Origin: Synechococcus sp. A15-28
Lineage (GTDB): Bacteria; Cyanobacteriota; Cyanobacteriia; PCC-6307; Cyanobiaceae
Length of the DNA: 32,000 bases
Direction of reading: 5' to 3'
NCBI RefSeq assembly: GCF_014280175.1
Contig: NZ_CP047931.1
Coordinates: forward strand, 1,350,001-1,382,000
Both the position numbers and the translations under genes were made by a program. Every line of letters begins with the position of its first letter. Positions within the stretch are counted from its first letter, which is position 1. Below, piece after piece: positions 10,333-18,665 of this stretch. Below the pieces are notes generated by a model. It was not told the origin of the DNA. It made no database searches and saw only the letters and a list, made by a program, of their open reading frames with translations.

Positions 10333-10488
10333 ATGAAGGGTTTTCTGAAATGGTTCGGAGACGCCCTAGCTCATGCAATGGGCGCGATTGATGCAGAAGA
10401 AAAAAACCATATACCTCCTACAATTGGTATGACTCCCTACAGAGATAAGCCGACGAAAGGAACCCATGATTATTGGGACTATGCTTAG
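10333..10488 (+). CDS. Small protein (51 aa), absent from ORF track
   Basis: MKGFLKWFGDALAHAMGAIDAEEKNHIPPTIGMTPYRDKPTKGTHDYWDYA*; strong Shine-Dalgarno AAGGAGG at 10322-10328, 4 nt before ATG. Confidence 0.7.
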   Translation: MKGFLKWFGDALAHAMGAIDAEEKNHIPPTIGMTPYRDKPTKGTHDYWDYA

Positions 10489-10514
10489 TCCTTAAGGATT
10501 AAGCTCTTTAAAAA

Positions 10515-10536
10515 GGGGCTGATTTCGATCAGCCTC
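10515..10536 (-). terminator. Rho-independent terminator for the minus-strand small-ORF cluster
   Basis: Minus strand GAGGCTGA-TCGAAA-TCAGCCCC (8-bp stem with one G-U) followed by TTTTT. Confidence 0.6.
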
Positions 10537-10654
10537 CCACTTGCCTTCTACCTAATACCTGGTCGGCAGGCTTCTTAATCATGCAATCCAATAGCTCCTG
10601 AGCGTTTGCTTCATCCTGTTGATCAGGATCGATCGAACAACTTCTGCAGTGCAT
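10529..10654 (-). CDS. Small ORF C (41 aa), absent from track
   Basis: MHCRSCSIDPDQQDEANAQELLDCMIKKPADQVLGRRQVGG*; begins 10 nt after ORF B stop; its stop lies within the terminator stem. Confidence 0.35.
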   Translation of the reverse strand: MHCRSCSIDPDQQDEANAQELLDCMIKKPADQVLGRRQVGG

Positions 10655-10664
10655 TCCGTTCGCC

Positions 10665-10802
10665 CTAAAGGGTGTTTGCTCGCATCGGCTTGCCGAGCGG
10701 CTTGGGCTGCCTTGGACGGTTTAGGAAAACCTTGCTGAGCCACCAAAGCTGCAGGCCCAGAAACAACACGGCCACCAGACCCAGCTCAAACGCTCCTTGC
10801 AT
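10665..10802 (-). CDS. Small single-pass membrane protein, ORF B (45 aa), absent from track
   Basis: MQGAFELGLVAVLFLGLQLWWLSKVFLNRPRQPKPLGKPMRANTL*; a TM helix then a basic tail; start overlaps the ORF A stop (TGATG). Confidence 0.6.
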   Translation of the reverse strand: MQGAFELGLVAVLFLGLQLWWLSKVFLNRPRQPKPLGKPMRANTL

Positions 10803-10927
10803 CAGTAGTGCTTCTTCCGGTTCTCGATCGCGTCACGCTTGAAGCACTCCAACTCTTCTGGCGTATGGAGTGAGAGCTTCTGTGGCTTGCCCGTAAACCG
10901 TTGAAGGAGCTTTAGAAGGTGTTTCAT
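10802..10927 (-). CDS. Small basic protein, ORF A (41 aa), absent from track
   Basis: MKHLLKLLQRFTGKPQKLSLHTPEELECFKRDAIENRKKHY*; stop/start overlap with ORF B. Confidence 0.5.
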   Translation of the reverse strand: MKHLLKLLQRFTGKPQKLSLHTPEELECFKRDAIENRKKHY

Positions 10928-11130
10928 GCAAACAGTTTGGCGCGGATCTAGTGCTGCTTACCAGCGGCAACCCCCAACCGGGTCCACAACTGTGCTTGAT
11001 CTGGCGTCGTAACCCTTGAAGCCATTTCTGTTCAGCCATGTGGAGTAGATTTTTCCCGATGAGCAGAATTGTGAGCAGAAACGGCCTGAGATATGACAAC
11101 CCAGGTAGTACGCGGGGAGCAGAAGAGCAC

Positions 11131-11154
11131 AAAAAAAGCGGTCATATGACCGCT
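11131..11154 (-). terminator. Terminator downstream of tRNA-Ala
   Basis: Perfect 18-nt palindrome AGCGGTCAT/ATGACCGCT (11137-11154) followed on the minus strand by a T-run; 32 nt past the tRNA 3' end. Confidence 0.65.
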
Positions 11155-11186
11155 AAAAACCCTGTCTAAAACAGTATTTTAAAGAA

Positions 11187-11259
11187 TGGAGCCAAGGAGA
11201 CTCGAACTCCTGACCCCCTGCATGCCATGCAGGTGCTCTACCAGCTGAGCTATGGCCCC
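11187..11259 (-). tRNA. tRNA-Ala(TGC)
   Basis: Minus strand GGGGCCATAGCTCAGCTGGTAGAGCACCTGCATGGCATGCAGGGGGTCAGGAGTTCGAGTCTCCTTGGCTCCA; full cloverleaf, anticodon TGC, 73 nt. Confidence 0.97.
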
Positions 11260-11324
11260 ATGAACGCCGGTGATGCCCTCAGGCTCGTGCCGCCGTCGTA
11301 TCCAAGCCTACACCGAAGGGGCAG

Positions 11325-11948
11325 TCACACCTGTCGCCACACCGCCACCAACTGGCCCTGCACCTCCACCTGTTCCGCCGGCAGCTCGATCGGGTCGTAG
11401 GCAGGGTTGGCCGCTTCCAGCACAACCGCTGCCCCTTTGCGGTGGAAATGCTTCAAGGTTGTCCCGCTGCCGGCCACCAGGGCACTGACGACGGTGCCGT
11501 TGCGCAGCCGCTGGGGATCAGGAACAGGCTCCATCAACACCACATCGCCATCAGCGATGTGGGCATCCACCATCGAATCGCCGTTCACCGTCAGCGCAAA
11601 CAGTCCTTGGGTTTCCAGAACCGGCGCCAGGTCCAGGTGCTCCTGAACATCATCAAACGCCGTCACCAGACCGCCGGCCGCCACGGCACCCAGCACGGGG
11701 ATGCCAGCAGCTGCAGCCATATCCCCCAGCAACTGCAGGGTCCGGGCCTGACCTTCCTGCCAGGTGATCCATCCCTTCTGCTGCAGATGGCGCAACCGGC
11801 TCTGAATCGGCGCGGGGGACCGCAACCCCATCGCCTGCATCATCTGGCGGATGGATGGGCTATGGCGATGGGTGCCGATGTAGTCCGCAAGCCAGTCGTA
11901 AAGCTCCTGCTGAGCAGAGGTCAACGGCTCCGGGGACGAGCTGGTCAC
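11325..11948 (-). CDS. lexA: LexA-like repressor, S24 peptidase
   Basis: EPLTSAQQELYDWLADYIGTHRHSPSIRQMMQAMGLRSPAPIQSRL; cleavage site AAGG; catalytic Ser in NGDSM and Lys in TLKHF. Start set to GTG at 11946-11948, because the track start (12017) places the SOS-like box inside the coding region. Confidence 0.88.
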   Translation of the reverse strand: MTSSSPEPLTSAQQELYDWLADYIGTHRHSPSIRQMMQAMGLRSPAPIQSRLRHLQQKGWITWQEGQARTLQLLGDMAAAAGIPVLGAVAAGGLVTAFDDVQEHLDLAPVLETQGLFALTVNGDSMVDAHIADGDVVLMEPVPDPQRLRNGTVVSALVAGSGTTLKHFHRKGAAVVLEAANPAYDPIELPAEQVEVQGQLVAVWRQV

Positions 11949-11966
11949 GGAAGATCGCGCAGGAAC

Positions 11967-11980
11967 AATACATTTGTACC
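11967..11980 (-). promoter_or_regulatory. Candidate LexA/SOS box
   Basis: Minus strand GGTACAAATGTATT matches the cyanobacterial SOS box RGTACNNNDGTWCB except at one position (GTAT for GTWC). Confidence 0.6.
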
Positions 11981-12028
11981 GGCGGTAACCATTCCGCGCA
12001 AGACCCCGCAGTCGCATTCAGCAGTCGC

Positions 12029-12301
12029 ATGTGGCAAAACCTGCCAAAACACAGCGACAAGCCGGAAAAGACCGGCGGTGAAGGCTGGCTGGTCAACCCG
12101 CAGCAGCAGAAGCTGGTGCAGTTCCAACCCGATTCAGCGACGGCCCACGCTCAATGGGTCGCCATACGGACGTTCCGCATCAACCCCGATCGTCCACCAG
12201 CACTGATCACCGGGCGACGGATGCTGCGGCACAACGCCATTGAGGCCTGGCAGACCATGCTCAAAATAGGATGGTCACGATGTCTTCCACCAAGACAATG
12301 A
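12029..12301 (+). CDS. DUF1651-like protein
   Basis: MWQNLPKHSDKPEKTGGEGWLVNPQQQKLVQFQPDSATAHAQWVAIRTFRINPDRPPALITGRRMLRHNAIEAWQTMLKIGWSRCLPPRQ; parallels the 9815-10285 ORF; internal ATG at 12029. Confidence 0.72.
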   Translation: MWQNLPKHSDKPEKTGGEGWLVNPQQQKLVQFQPDSATAHAQWVAIRTFRINPDRPPALITGRRMLRHNAIEAWQTMLKIGWSRCLPPRQ

Positions 12302-12598
12302 TCAGGGTTGTTGTTGTTCGCGTAATGCCGCCATCTTGTCAACGCTGGAGCCAATGTTCTCCACCACAAAGCTGTCCATGCCGTTATCTCTGAGCCTGTA
12401 CAGATAGCCATTCAGCCAGGCGGTTTCACGATTGTTGGTTTCATGGCCGCGGTCCACAAAACCCTGCGTCTGGCGGAACACATGCAAAAGAATCTCCAGA
12501 ACATCCTGCGGGGAGAGTCGTTCAGCATCAATGAATGGAAACGCTTCCCTCACATCCATAAAAGAGATCTCGAGTGGTTTCTCCAACGTCTCAGACAC
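12302..12598 (-). CDS. Hypothetical protein
   Basis: 98-aa ORF (ISFMDVREAFPFIDAERLSPQDVLEILLHVFRQTQGFVDRG...), acidic and helical. Confidence 0.55.
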   Translation of the reverse strand: MSETLEKPLEISFMDVREAFPFIDAERLSPQDVLEILLHVFRQTQGFVDRGHETNNRETAWLNGYLYRLRDNGMDSFVVENIGSSVDKMAALREQQQP

Positions 12599-12710
12599 AG
12601 CAATCCATCTCGTGACCAGAAGTTTAGGCCTGGGATGTCTTCAAGGGGCCAACAGAGGCGCGGCGTTGGTCGCTAGAACCATCACGACGCTTCTGAATCA
12701 TCAGTCGACG

Positions 12711-12941
12711 ATGCAATCCCAGGATCTGGATCGGATCATTGAAATGGCCTGGGAGGACAGAACCACCTTCGAAGCCATCCACTACCAGTTCGGGCTATCA
12801 GAGCAGGAGGTGATTGCCCTGATGCGAACCCACATGAAGCCCTCCTCGTTCAAGATGTGGCGCAAAAGGGTGACAGGGCGCAAAACAAAACATGGCTCCA
12901 CCTCCGAATCAAACCGATTCAGAGCCAAGTGCCACCGCTGA
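12711..12941 (+). CDS. TIGR03643-like small protein
   Basis: MQSQDLDRIIEMAWEDRTTFEAIHYQFGLSEQEVIALMRTHMKPSSFKMWRKRVTGRKTKH from internal ATG at 12711. Confidence 0.78.
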   Translation: MQSQDLDRIIEMAWEDRTTFEAIHYQFGLSEQEVIALMRTHMKPSSFKMWRKRVTGRKTKHGSTSESNRFRAKCHR

Positions 12942-12952
12942 ACAGCGTGCCT

Positions 12953-13909
12953 CTACAAGCCACCCATCAACGCTGCCAGCAGTGCTTGCTGCGCATGAAG
13001 ACGGTTTTCAGCCTGATCGAAAATGCGACTGTCGGAACCTTCCATCACCCCGGGGCTGATCTCTTCACCGCGGTGGGCGGGCAGGCAATGCAGCACAACC
13101 GCCCCACTGCCTGCTTCTTTCATTAAGTCCTCGTCAACACAGAAACCAGCGAAGGCCTGCTCCCGTTCCGCTTGTTCCTGCTCCTGGCCCATGGACGCCC
13201 ACACGTCGGTGTATACGGCCTGGGCACCCCGCACGGCATCACGCGGATCGTGAATGACCTCAATCGAGGCACCGTGCTGCGCCAGGGACCGGGCCTGCTC
13301 CAACACCCCGGATAAGGGCTCGAAACCCTGGGGGCAACCGATCCGCACATTCACCCCCAGCAGAGCCCCGCAGAGCATCAGGGAATGGGCCACGTTGTTC
13401 CCATCACCGATGTAGGCCAGGGTCTGGCCGGGTAGTTCGCCATGGGCTTCCCGCATCGTGAGGAAGTCGGCCAGGGCCTGGCAGGGGTGCTCGAGATCGG
13501 TGAGGGCATTGATCACCGGCACGGTGGCCCAGTGGGCGTAGTCCACCAACTCCTGCTGGGCAAAGGTGCGAACGGCCAGAACATCGCAGTAGCGACTGAG
13601 CACCCGCGCGGTGTCCTCCAGCGGCTCGCCGCGGCCCAACTGCGTCACCTGGGGATTGAGGTCCACCGTCTGGCCACCCAGACGGGCCATCGCCACCTGG
13701 AAGCTCACGCGGGTGCGCGTGGAAGCCTTGGTGAAAATCAGTCCTAGGACCCGATTGCCGAGGTCGATGCGACGGTCACCACGCTTCAGTTGAGCAGCCA
13801 GATCAAGAAGGGCTGATGTTCCCTCCGCCGAGCAATCAGCGGAGGAGAGGTAGTCACGGCCGCTGAGGGAGGAAAGAGCAGCAGCAACACCTGCAGCAGC
13901 AGTAGCCAT
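12953..13909 (-). CDS. argF: Ornithine carbamoyltransferase
   Basis: KASTRTRVSF, HPCQALADFLT, HCLPAHRGEEI motifs; 318 aa. Confidence 0.96.
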   Translation of the reverse strand: MATAAAGVAAALSSLSGRDYLSSADCSAEGTSALLDLAAQLKRGDRRIDLGNRVLGLIFTKASTRTRVSFQVAMARLGGQTVDLNPQVTQLGRGEPLEDTARVLSRYCDVLAVRTFAQQELVDYAHWATVPVINALTDLEHPCQALADFLTMREAHGELPGQTLAYIGDGNNVAHSLMLCGALLGVNVRIGCPQGFEPLSGVLEQARSLAQHGASIEVIHDPRDAVRGAQAVYTDVWASMGQEQEQAEREQAFAGFCVDEDLMKEAGSGAVVLHCLPAHRGEEISPGVMEGSDSRIFDQAENRLHAQQALLAALMGGL

Positions 13910-13954
13910 CGTGACAATTCAAAGGACAGTTATCAGGGATGAACGCAGTCAGCG

Positions 13955-15829
13955 TCAAGCACTGACGGTCTCAGGCAGCACACTCGCCTCGAGCATCTGC
14001 TTGAGGTCATCCCCCTCAATCACCTCTTTTTCGAGGATTTTCTGGGAGATGGTCTCCAGCAGCGCCATGTTCTGGCGCAGGATCGCCAGGGCATCGTCAT
14101 GGGCGCGATCCACGAGTCCACGCACTTCCTTGTCGATCGCCTGAGCCGTGGTATCACTGACGGAGCGGCGGGGATTGTTGCCACCGCCCAGGAAGCGTCC
14201 GCCCCCTTGTTTGTCGTAGGCCAGAGGTCCCAGGGTGTCGCTCATGCCATAGGTCCCCACCATCTGCTCGGCGAGGTCCGTGGCCCGCTGCAGGTCGTTG
14301 GCGGCACCGGTGGTGATCTTGCCGAACACGATCTCCTCGGCGGAACGTCCCCCCAGCAGGGTGGCGATCTGGCCCTGCAGTTCCTCCTTGGAGTTGAGGA
14401 ACCGCTCTTCGGTGGGCAACTGCAGGGTGTAACCGAGGGCGCTCATCCCCCGGGGCACGATCGAAATCTTGGCCACCTTGCTTCCGCCTGGCATCAGGTG
14501 ACCGACGATCGCGTGACCCACTTCGTGGTAGGCCACCACTTTCTTCTCGTCGTCCTGCAGCACGCGGCTCTTCTTCTCAAGGCCCGCCACCACCCGCTCG
14601 ATGGCTTCCCCCAGATCCTGTTGCTCAACCTTGGTTCTGTAAGCACGGGCGGCGAGCAGGGCAGCTTCGTTCACCAGGTTGGCCAGATCGGCGCCGGCAA
14701 AGCCGCTGGTGGCCTGCGCCACGCTGTCCAGATCCACAGCATCAGCAAGTTTCACCTTCTTGGCGTAGATCTCGAGGATGGTCTTACGGCCGGACAGATC
14801 CGGGCGATCCACCAACACCTGGCGGTCAAATCGGCCCGGGCGCAGCAGCGCTGCATCCAGCACTTCGGGCTGGTTGGTGGCCGCCAACACGATCACTGGC
14901 TTGTCCTGGGCTGTGAAGCCATCCATCTCAGTGAGCAGCTGGTTCAGGGTCTGCTCCCGCTCGTCGTTGCCGCCAACCACGCCCATGGAACCGGAACGGC
15001 TCTTGCCGATGGCGTCGAGCTCGTCGATGAAAATGATGCAGGGGGCTTTCTTTTTGGCCTCTTCGAACAGATCCCGCACACGGGCTGCACCGGCGCCGAC
15101 GAACAGCTCAACGAACTCCGAGCCGGAGATGATGAAGAAGGGAACACCGGCTTCGCCGGCGACGGCCTTGGAGAGCAGGGTCTTGCCGGTACCGGGAGGC
15201 CCCACCAGCAGCACACCCTTGGGAATGCGTGCACCGATTTCGGCGTAACGCTCAGGGGTTTTGAGGAAATCGACGATCTCGGTGAGTTCCTGCTTCGCCT
15301 CGTCCACACCAGCGACATCAGCGAAGGTGACGCGGGATTCCTCATCCGGCACGTAGACCTTGGCCTTGCTCTTGGTGAAGCTCAAGGCACCCTGAGCGCC
15401 GCCCCCCATCGACCGACGGGCGAAGAATTGCAGCACCAGGATGAAGATCAGGGGAGGCACCACCCAGCTGAGGATGGTGGTGAAGATGTTGGGCTTCTTC
15501 GGTGGAGCTGCAGCGAATTCCACACCCTTGGTTTCCAACCGCTGGGGCAGATCCATATCGAAGATCGGCGTGGTGGCCAGCACCGGGGGCGTGCCCTCTT
15601 CGGGATCGCTGAGCTCGTAACGGATCTGTTCCTGGGTGATGTAAGCCCGTTTCACGGCGCCATCATTCACCTGATCGAGGAACAGCGAATACGGCACCTT
15701 GGGCACCTGCTGCATGGCGTTGTTGGGCACGAAGCTGCTCAGCAGCAACAGCACCCCGAAGCCGATCAGCACCAGGTTGATGATCCCGAAACGACGGTTC
15801 GGTCGGTTGTCGTCCTGTCGAATCGGCAT
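13955..15829 (-). CDS. ftsH: ATP-dependent zinc metalloprotease FtsH
   Basis: AAA Walker A GPPGTGKT, Walker [12 protein letters not shown], zinc site HEVGH; start at internal Met ([15 protein letters not shown]), track ORF begins 15853. Confidence 0.96.
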   Translation of the reverse strand: MPIRQDDNRPNRRFGIINLVLIGFGVLLLLSSFVPNNAMQQVPKVPYSLFLDQVNDGAVKRAYITQEQIRYELSDPEEGTPPVLATTPIFDMDLPQRLETKGVEFAAAPPKKPNIFTTILSWVVPPLIFILVLQFFARRSMGGGAQGALSFTKSKAKVYVPDEESRVTFADVAGVDEAKQELTEIVDFLKTPERYAEIGARIPKGVLLVGPPGTGKTLLSKAVAGEAGVPFFIISGSEFVELFVGAGAARVRDLFEEAKKKAPCIIFIDELDAIGKSRSGSMGVVGGNDEREQTLNQLLTEMDGFTAQDKPVIVLAATNQPEVLDAALLRPGRFDRQVLVDRPDLSGRKTILEIYAKKVKLADAVDLDSVAQATSGFAGADLANLVNEAALLAARAYRTKVEQQDLGEAIERVVAGLEKKSRVLQDDEKKVVAYHEVGHAIVGHLMPGGSKVAKISIVPRGMSALGYTLQLPTEERFLNSKEELQGQIATLLGGRSAEEIVFGKITTGAANDLQRATDLAEQMVGTYGMSDTLGPLAYDKQGGGRFLGGGNNPRRSVSDTTAQAIDKEVRGLVDRAHDDALAILRQNMALLETISQKILEKEVIEGDDLKQMLEASVLPETVSA

Positions 15830-15915
15830 GGCATCTGCCCGAGATCCCAGCACGCTACGAGGGATGAACCGTTGCTTACGGGTGGGAGAACCGAACGCCT
15901 TCTAACGTCACGTCC

Positions 15916-16542
15916 ATGTGCGGTCGCTACAGCCTCGATACGCCCCTGCAGCCGCTTCAGTCCCTGCTGCAACCGTGGCTGCGGGATGCCGACTGCGGCT
16001 GGTTGAAGCACTACGCACCACGGCGGTTGATCCGCCCAGGCGAACCGGTGCTGGCCCTCAGACGCGAACACGGCCTGAGTGTCACAAGCCACATGCTCTG
16101 GGGCCTGCTGCCGGGTTGGGTGAAGGATCCACTGACGGGGCCGAGGCCGATCAACGCCCGCGCTGAGACGCTGGAGGACAAAGCCTCCTTCCGTGGACCC
16201 TGGCGTCACCACCGCTGCCTGCTGCCGGCGGATGGATTTCTGGAGCAGGGAGAGCAGATCCGTCGCCAGGACGGGCAGCTGTTCTGGCTGGCCGGGCTCT
16301 GGGACCGCTGGATCGGCCCTGACGGCAGTGAAGTGGAGACCTGCTGCGTGATCACCACCAGGCCAAACGAATTTCTGGCGAGCTTGCACGACCGCATGCC
16401 GGTGATCGTTCCCCAGGGCCTCGAGGAGATCTGGCTGGAACCAGGGGATGGCGCCCATCGCCGGGCCCTTGAACCCATGCTGGAGCCATGGCCGAGTGAG
16501 GGTTGGAGCCGACGCGGCAGCTCACAACTCAGCTTGTTCTGA
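15916..16542 (+). CDS. SRAP (YedK/HMCES) family protein
   Basis: MCGRYSL catalytic Cys N-terminus; INARAETLEDKASFR; RRCLLPADGFLEQ-type motif; PVIVPQGLEEIWL. Confidence 0.93.
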   Translation: MCGRYSLDTPLQPLQSLLQPWLRDADCGWLKHYAPRRLIRPGEPVLALRREHGLSVTSHMLWGLLPGWVKDPLTGPRPINARAETLEDKASFRGPWRHHRCLLPADGFLEQGEQIRRQDGQLFWLAGLWDRWIGPDGSEVETCCVITTRPNEFLASLHDRMPVIVPQGLEEIWLEPGDGAHRRALEPMLEPWPSEGWSRRGSSQLSLF

Positions 16543-16586
16543 GGGCTCGGCCGCCGCACCATGCCGGCAGACACCACCTCAGGGAT

Positions 16587-17315
16587 ATGGCGCGACGACA
16601 GAAGGGTTCGCACCTGCGTCTGCTGCTGCTGTTCACCCTGCTGGTGCTGGTGGGATTCGCTTTCCCCTGGCTGATCTGGGCCACCCATCTGGGCTACAGC
16701 CTGATCGCCCTGCTGCTGACCCAGGTGATGGTGCGAGACAGCCAGGCTCCCGCTTGGAATGATCGTGCGTACCGCGGTCTGGGGTTGTTCGCGGTGCTGA
16801 CCATGTGGCTGTGGCTGCTCACACCGCTGGAGCTGATCTACAGCGGTGTACCGCTCGCCCTCAGCTGGAGTCTGTTGGTGGGCTGGAGTGTGATCCGGCT
16901 GGTCAAACGCTTTGCCGATGAGCCCAAGGTGACCGAATCACTGTTGATGGGTGCCACGGCGGGCTACCTGCACATCGGTCTGACCGCCGGACTAGTGATG
17001 AGTGCCCTGGAAACCATCCAGCCCGGCAGCTTTGAGCCATTGACGGTGGCGGATGCCGCCGACAGCAGCGTGCTGGCAGCTGCCCATGCCTTCTCCGCAA
17101 TCAACTACTACGCCTTCGTGTGCCTCACCACCGTCGGCTTCGGCGACATCAGCCCGATGCTGCCGCTGTCGCGAATCGTGAGTGTGGTCACGAGCATTGC
17201 CGGACCGCTTTATCTGGCGGCGGTGATGGGAGTGCTGATCGGCCGTTTCGCCAGCAGTCTCGACCGAGACGCCAGAACAGGGGAAGAAGCTCAGGAACCA
17301 ACCCCGTGGCCCTGA
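16587..17315 (+). CDS. Ion channel (K+ channel-type pore)
   Basis: Multiple TM segments and selectivity filter TTVGFGDISP; start at internal ATG 16587 (MARRQKGSHLRLLLL). Confidence 0.85.
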   Translation: MARRQKGSHLRLLLLFTLLVLVGFAFPWLIWATHLGYSLIALLLTQVMVRDSQAPAWNDRAYRGLGLFAVLTMWLWLLTPLELIYSGVPLALSWSLLVGWSVIRLVKRFADEPKVTESLLMGATAGYLHIGLTAGLVMSALETIQPGSFEPLTVADAADSSVLAAAHAFSAINYYAFVCLTTVGFGDISPMLPLSRIVSVVTSIAGPLYLAAVMGVLIGRFASSLDRDARTGEEAQEPTPWP

Positions 17316-17317
17316 CC

Positions 17318-17542
17318 TCAGGCTGCTGACTGATCCGTCGTGCCTTGCAGCGCCTTCTGCTGCAGCTGCTGAACAGCACAGAGCGCTTCATGGGCAGGCC
17401 AGCCATGGCGGATCATCAACTCCTCCACCAAGTAATCGGGCGAGTTGGAGATCCTGGAATTCAACTCCGCAATGGCCCGGTCGCTGCGGGCCAGAGCAGA
17501 GAGCCGAAGCGATAGGAGTTCCTGGACGTTCGGCTGTTCCAT
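17318..17542 (-). CDS. Hypothetical small protein
   Basis: MEQPNVQELLSLRLSALARSDRAIAELNSRISNSPDYLVEELMIRHGWPAHEALCAVQQLQQKAL; internal start, because the longer ORF overlaps ribD. Confidence 0.65.
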   Translation of the reverse strand: MEQPNVQELLSLRLSALARSDRAIAELNSRISNSPDYLVEELMIRHGWPAHEALCAVQQLQQKALQGTTDQSAA

Positions 17543-17567
17543 GGCAGCACTCTGCACGTTGGTGGGC

Positions 17568-18665
17568 TCAGCCCTCAAGCCGCAGGGAGAGCAACCAGTC
17601 CTCGCCGATGGGCCGGGGAGGCTGCAAGGTTCCACTGAGCACCTGGTCCATGGCGGTGAAGCCCAGCTCCCCCAGGGGCGTTCGCGCAGCTAGGCCACCC
17701 ATCAGTTTCGGTGCCACCACGGCGACCACCTCCTGCACACAGCCCTGCCGGATCGCCGCAGCCGCCAGCTCGGGGCCGCACTCCCAGAGCACCTGATTGC
17801 AACTCCGCTCTGCCAGGTGGTGCATCAAAGGCAACGGTTCACAGGCCGAAAGCCCGAGTCCCTCAGGGCCAGACGGCAGACGCTGGGGATCGGCATCAGG
17901 TCCATGGACCACCAGGGTCGGCGCCACCGCGGTGTTCCACAGCTGTGCGGAAGCGGGAAGATCGAGACCGCGGCTGAGCACGACCCGCAGGGGTTCCGGC
18001 GAACGGCGGCCACGGCTGGTGAGCAGCGGATCATCCGCGCGGACCGTCCCGCCCCCCACGATCACAGCGTCCATGCCACTGCGTAGTTGATGCACCCAGT
18101 CGCGGGCAGGTGAGCCACTGATCCATTGGCTGGCGCCATTGGGCAGAGCGGTGCGGCCATCCAGGCCCATGGCCCACTTCAAGATCCCGTAAGAGCGGCC
18201 GGTGCGAACGCGGTGCAGGAACGCCCGGTTCTGCTGACGAGCCTCCTCCCGCAGCACACCACTGATCACCTCAACACCCGCCTGCCGCAGCTGATTGATT
18301 CCGCCGCCGGCAACGCGGGGATCCGGATCCTCCAGAGCCACCACCACCCTGGCGATCCCAGCCCGCAGCACCGCCTCACTGCAGGGGGGTGTACGGCCGT
18401 GGTGGCAGCAGGGTTCCAGGGTGACCACAAGGGTTCCGCCATGGGCCGCATCCCCGGCTTGAGCCAGGGCACCCACCTCGGCATGGGGCTCCCCCGCACG
18501 GCAATGGAACCCCTCGCCCACCAATCGCCCCTCCTGGTTCAGGACCACAGCCCCCACCAGGGGATTGGGACTGGTGCGACCCTCAGCCAGCGCAGCCAGC
18601 GCCAGGGCCCGGCGCATCCACAGGTCCCACATCAGCTCAGGGGCAGGTCCTGCAACGACCGCCAC
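17568..18665 (-). CDS. ribD: Bifunctional diaminohydroxyphosphoribosylaminopyrimidine deaminase / reductase
   Basis: HAEVGALAQAGDAAHGGTLVVTLEPCCHHGRTPPC deaminase motif, C-terminal reductase domain; 365 aa. Confidence 0.96.
   Translation of the reverse strand: MAVVAGPAPELMWDLWMRRALALAALAEGRTSPNPLVGAVVLNQEGRLVGEGFHCRAGEPHAEVGALAQAGDAAHGGTLVVTLEPCCHHGRTPPCSEAVLRAGIARVVVALEDPDPRVAGGGINQLRQAGVEVISGVLREEARQQNRAFLHRVRTGRSYGILKWAMGLDGRTALPNGASQWISGSPARDWVHQLRSGMDAVIVGGGTVRADDPLLTSRGRRSPEPLRVVLSRGLDLPASAQLWNTAVAPTLVVHGPDADPQRLPSGPEGLGLSACEPLPLMHHLAERSCNQVLWECGPELAAAAIRQGCVQEVVAVVAPKLMGGLAARTPLGELGFTAMDQVLSGTLQPPRPIGEDWLLSLRLEG

Noticed and set aside
10833-11132. 99-aa minus ORF as a complete gene
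   Set aside because: Its C-terminal part overlaps the better supported ORF A in another frame; only the first part is noted, as a weak remnant candidate.
12299-12304. TGATCA palindrome formed by abutting convergent stop codons (DUF1651 gene and 12302-12598 ORF)
   Set aside because: Readily explained by two adjacent TGA stops on opposite strands; no further structure.
14099-16006. 635-aa plus-strand ORF antisense to ftsH
   Set aside because: Mirror ORF of a clear ftsH gene in high-GC DNA; its composition (His/Gln/Asp/Leu) is typical of an antisense codon shadow.
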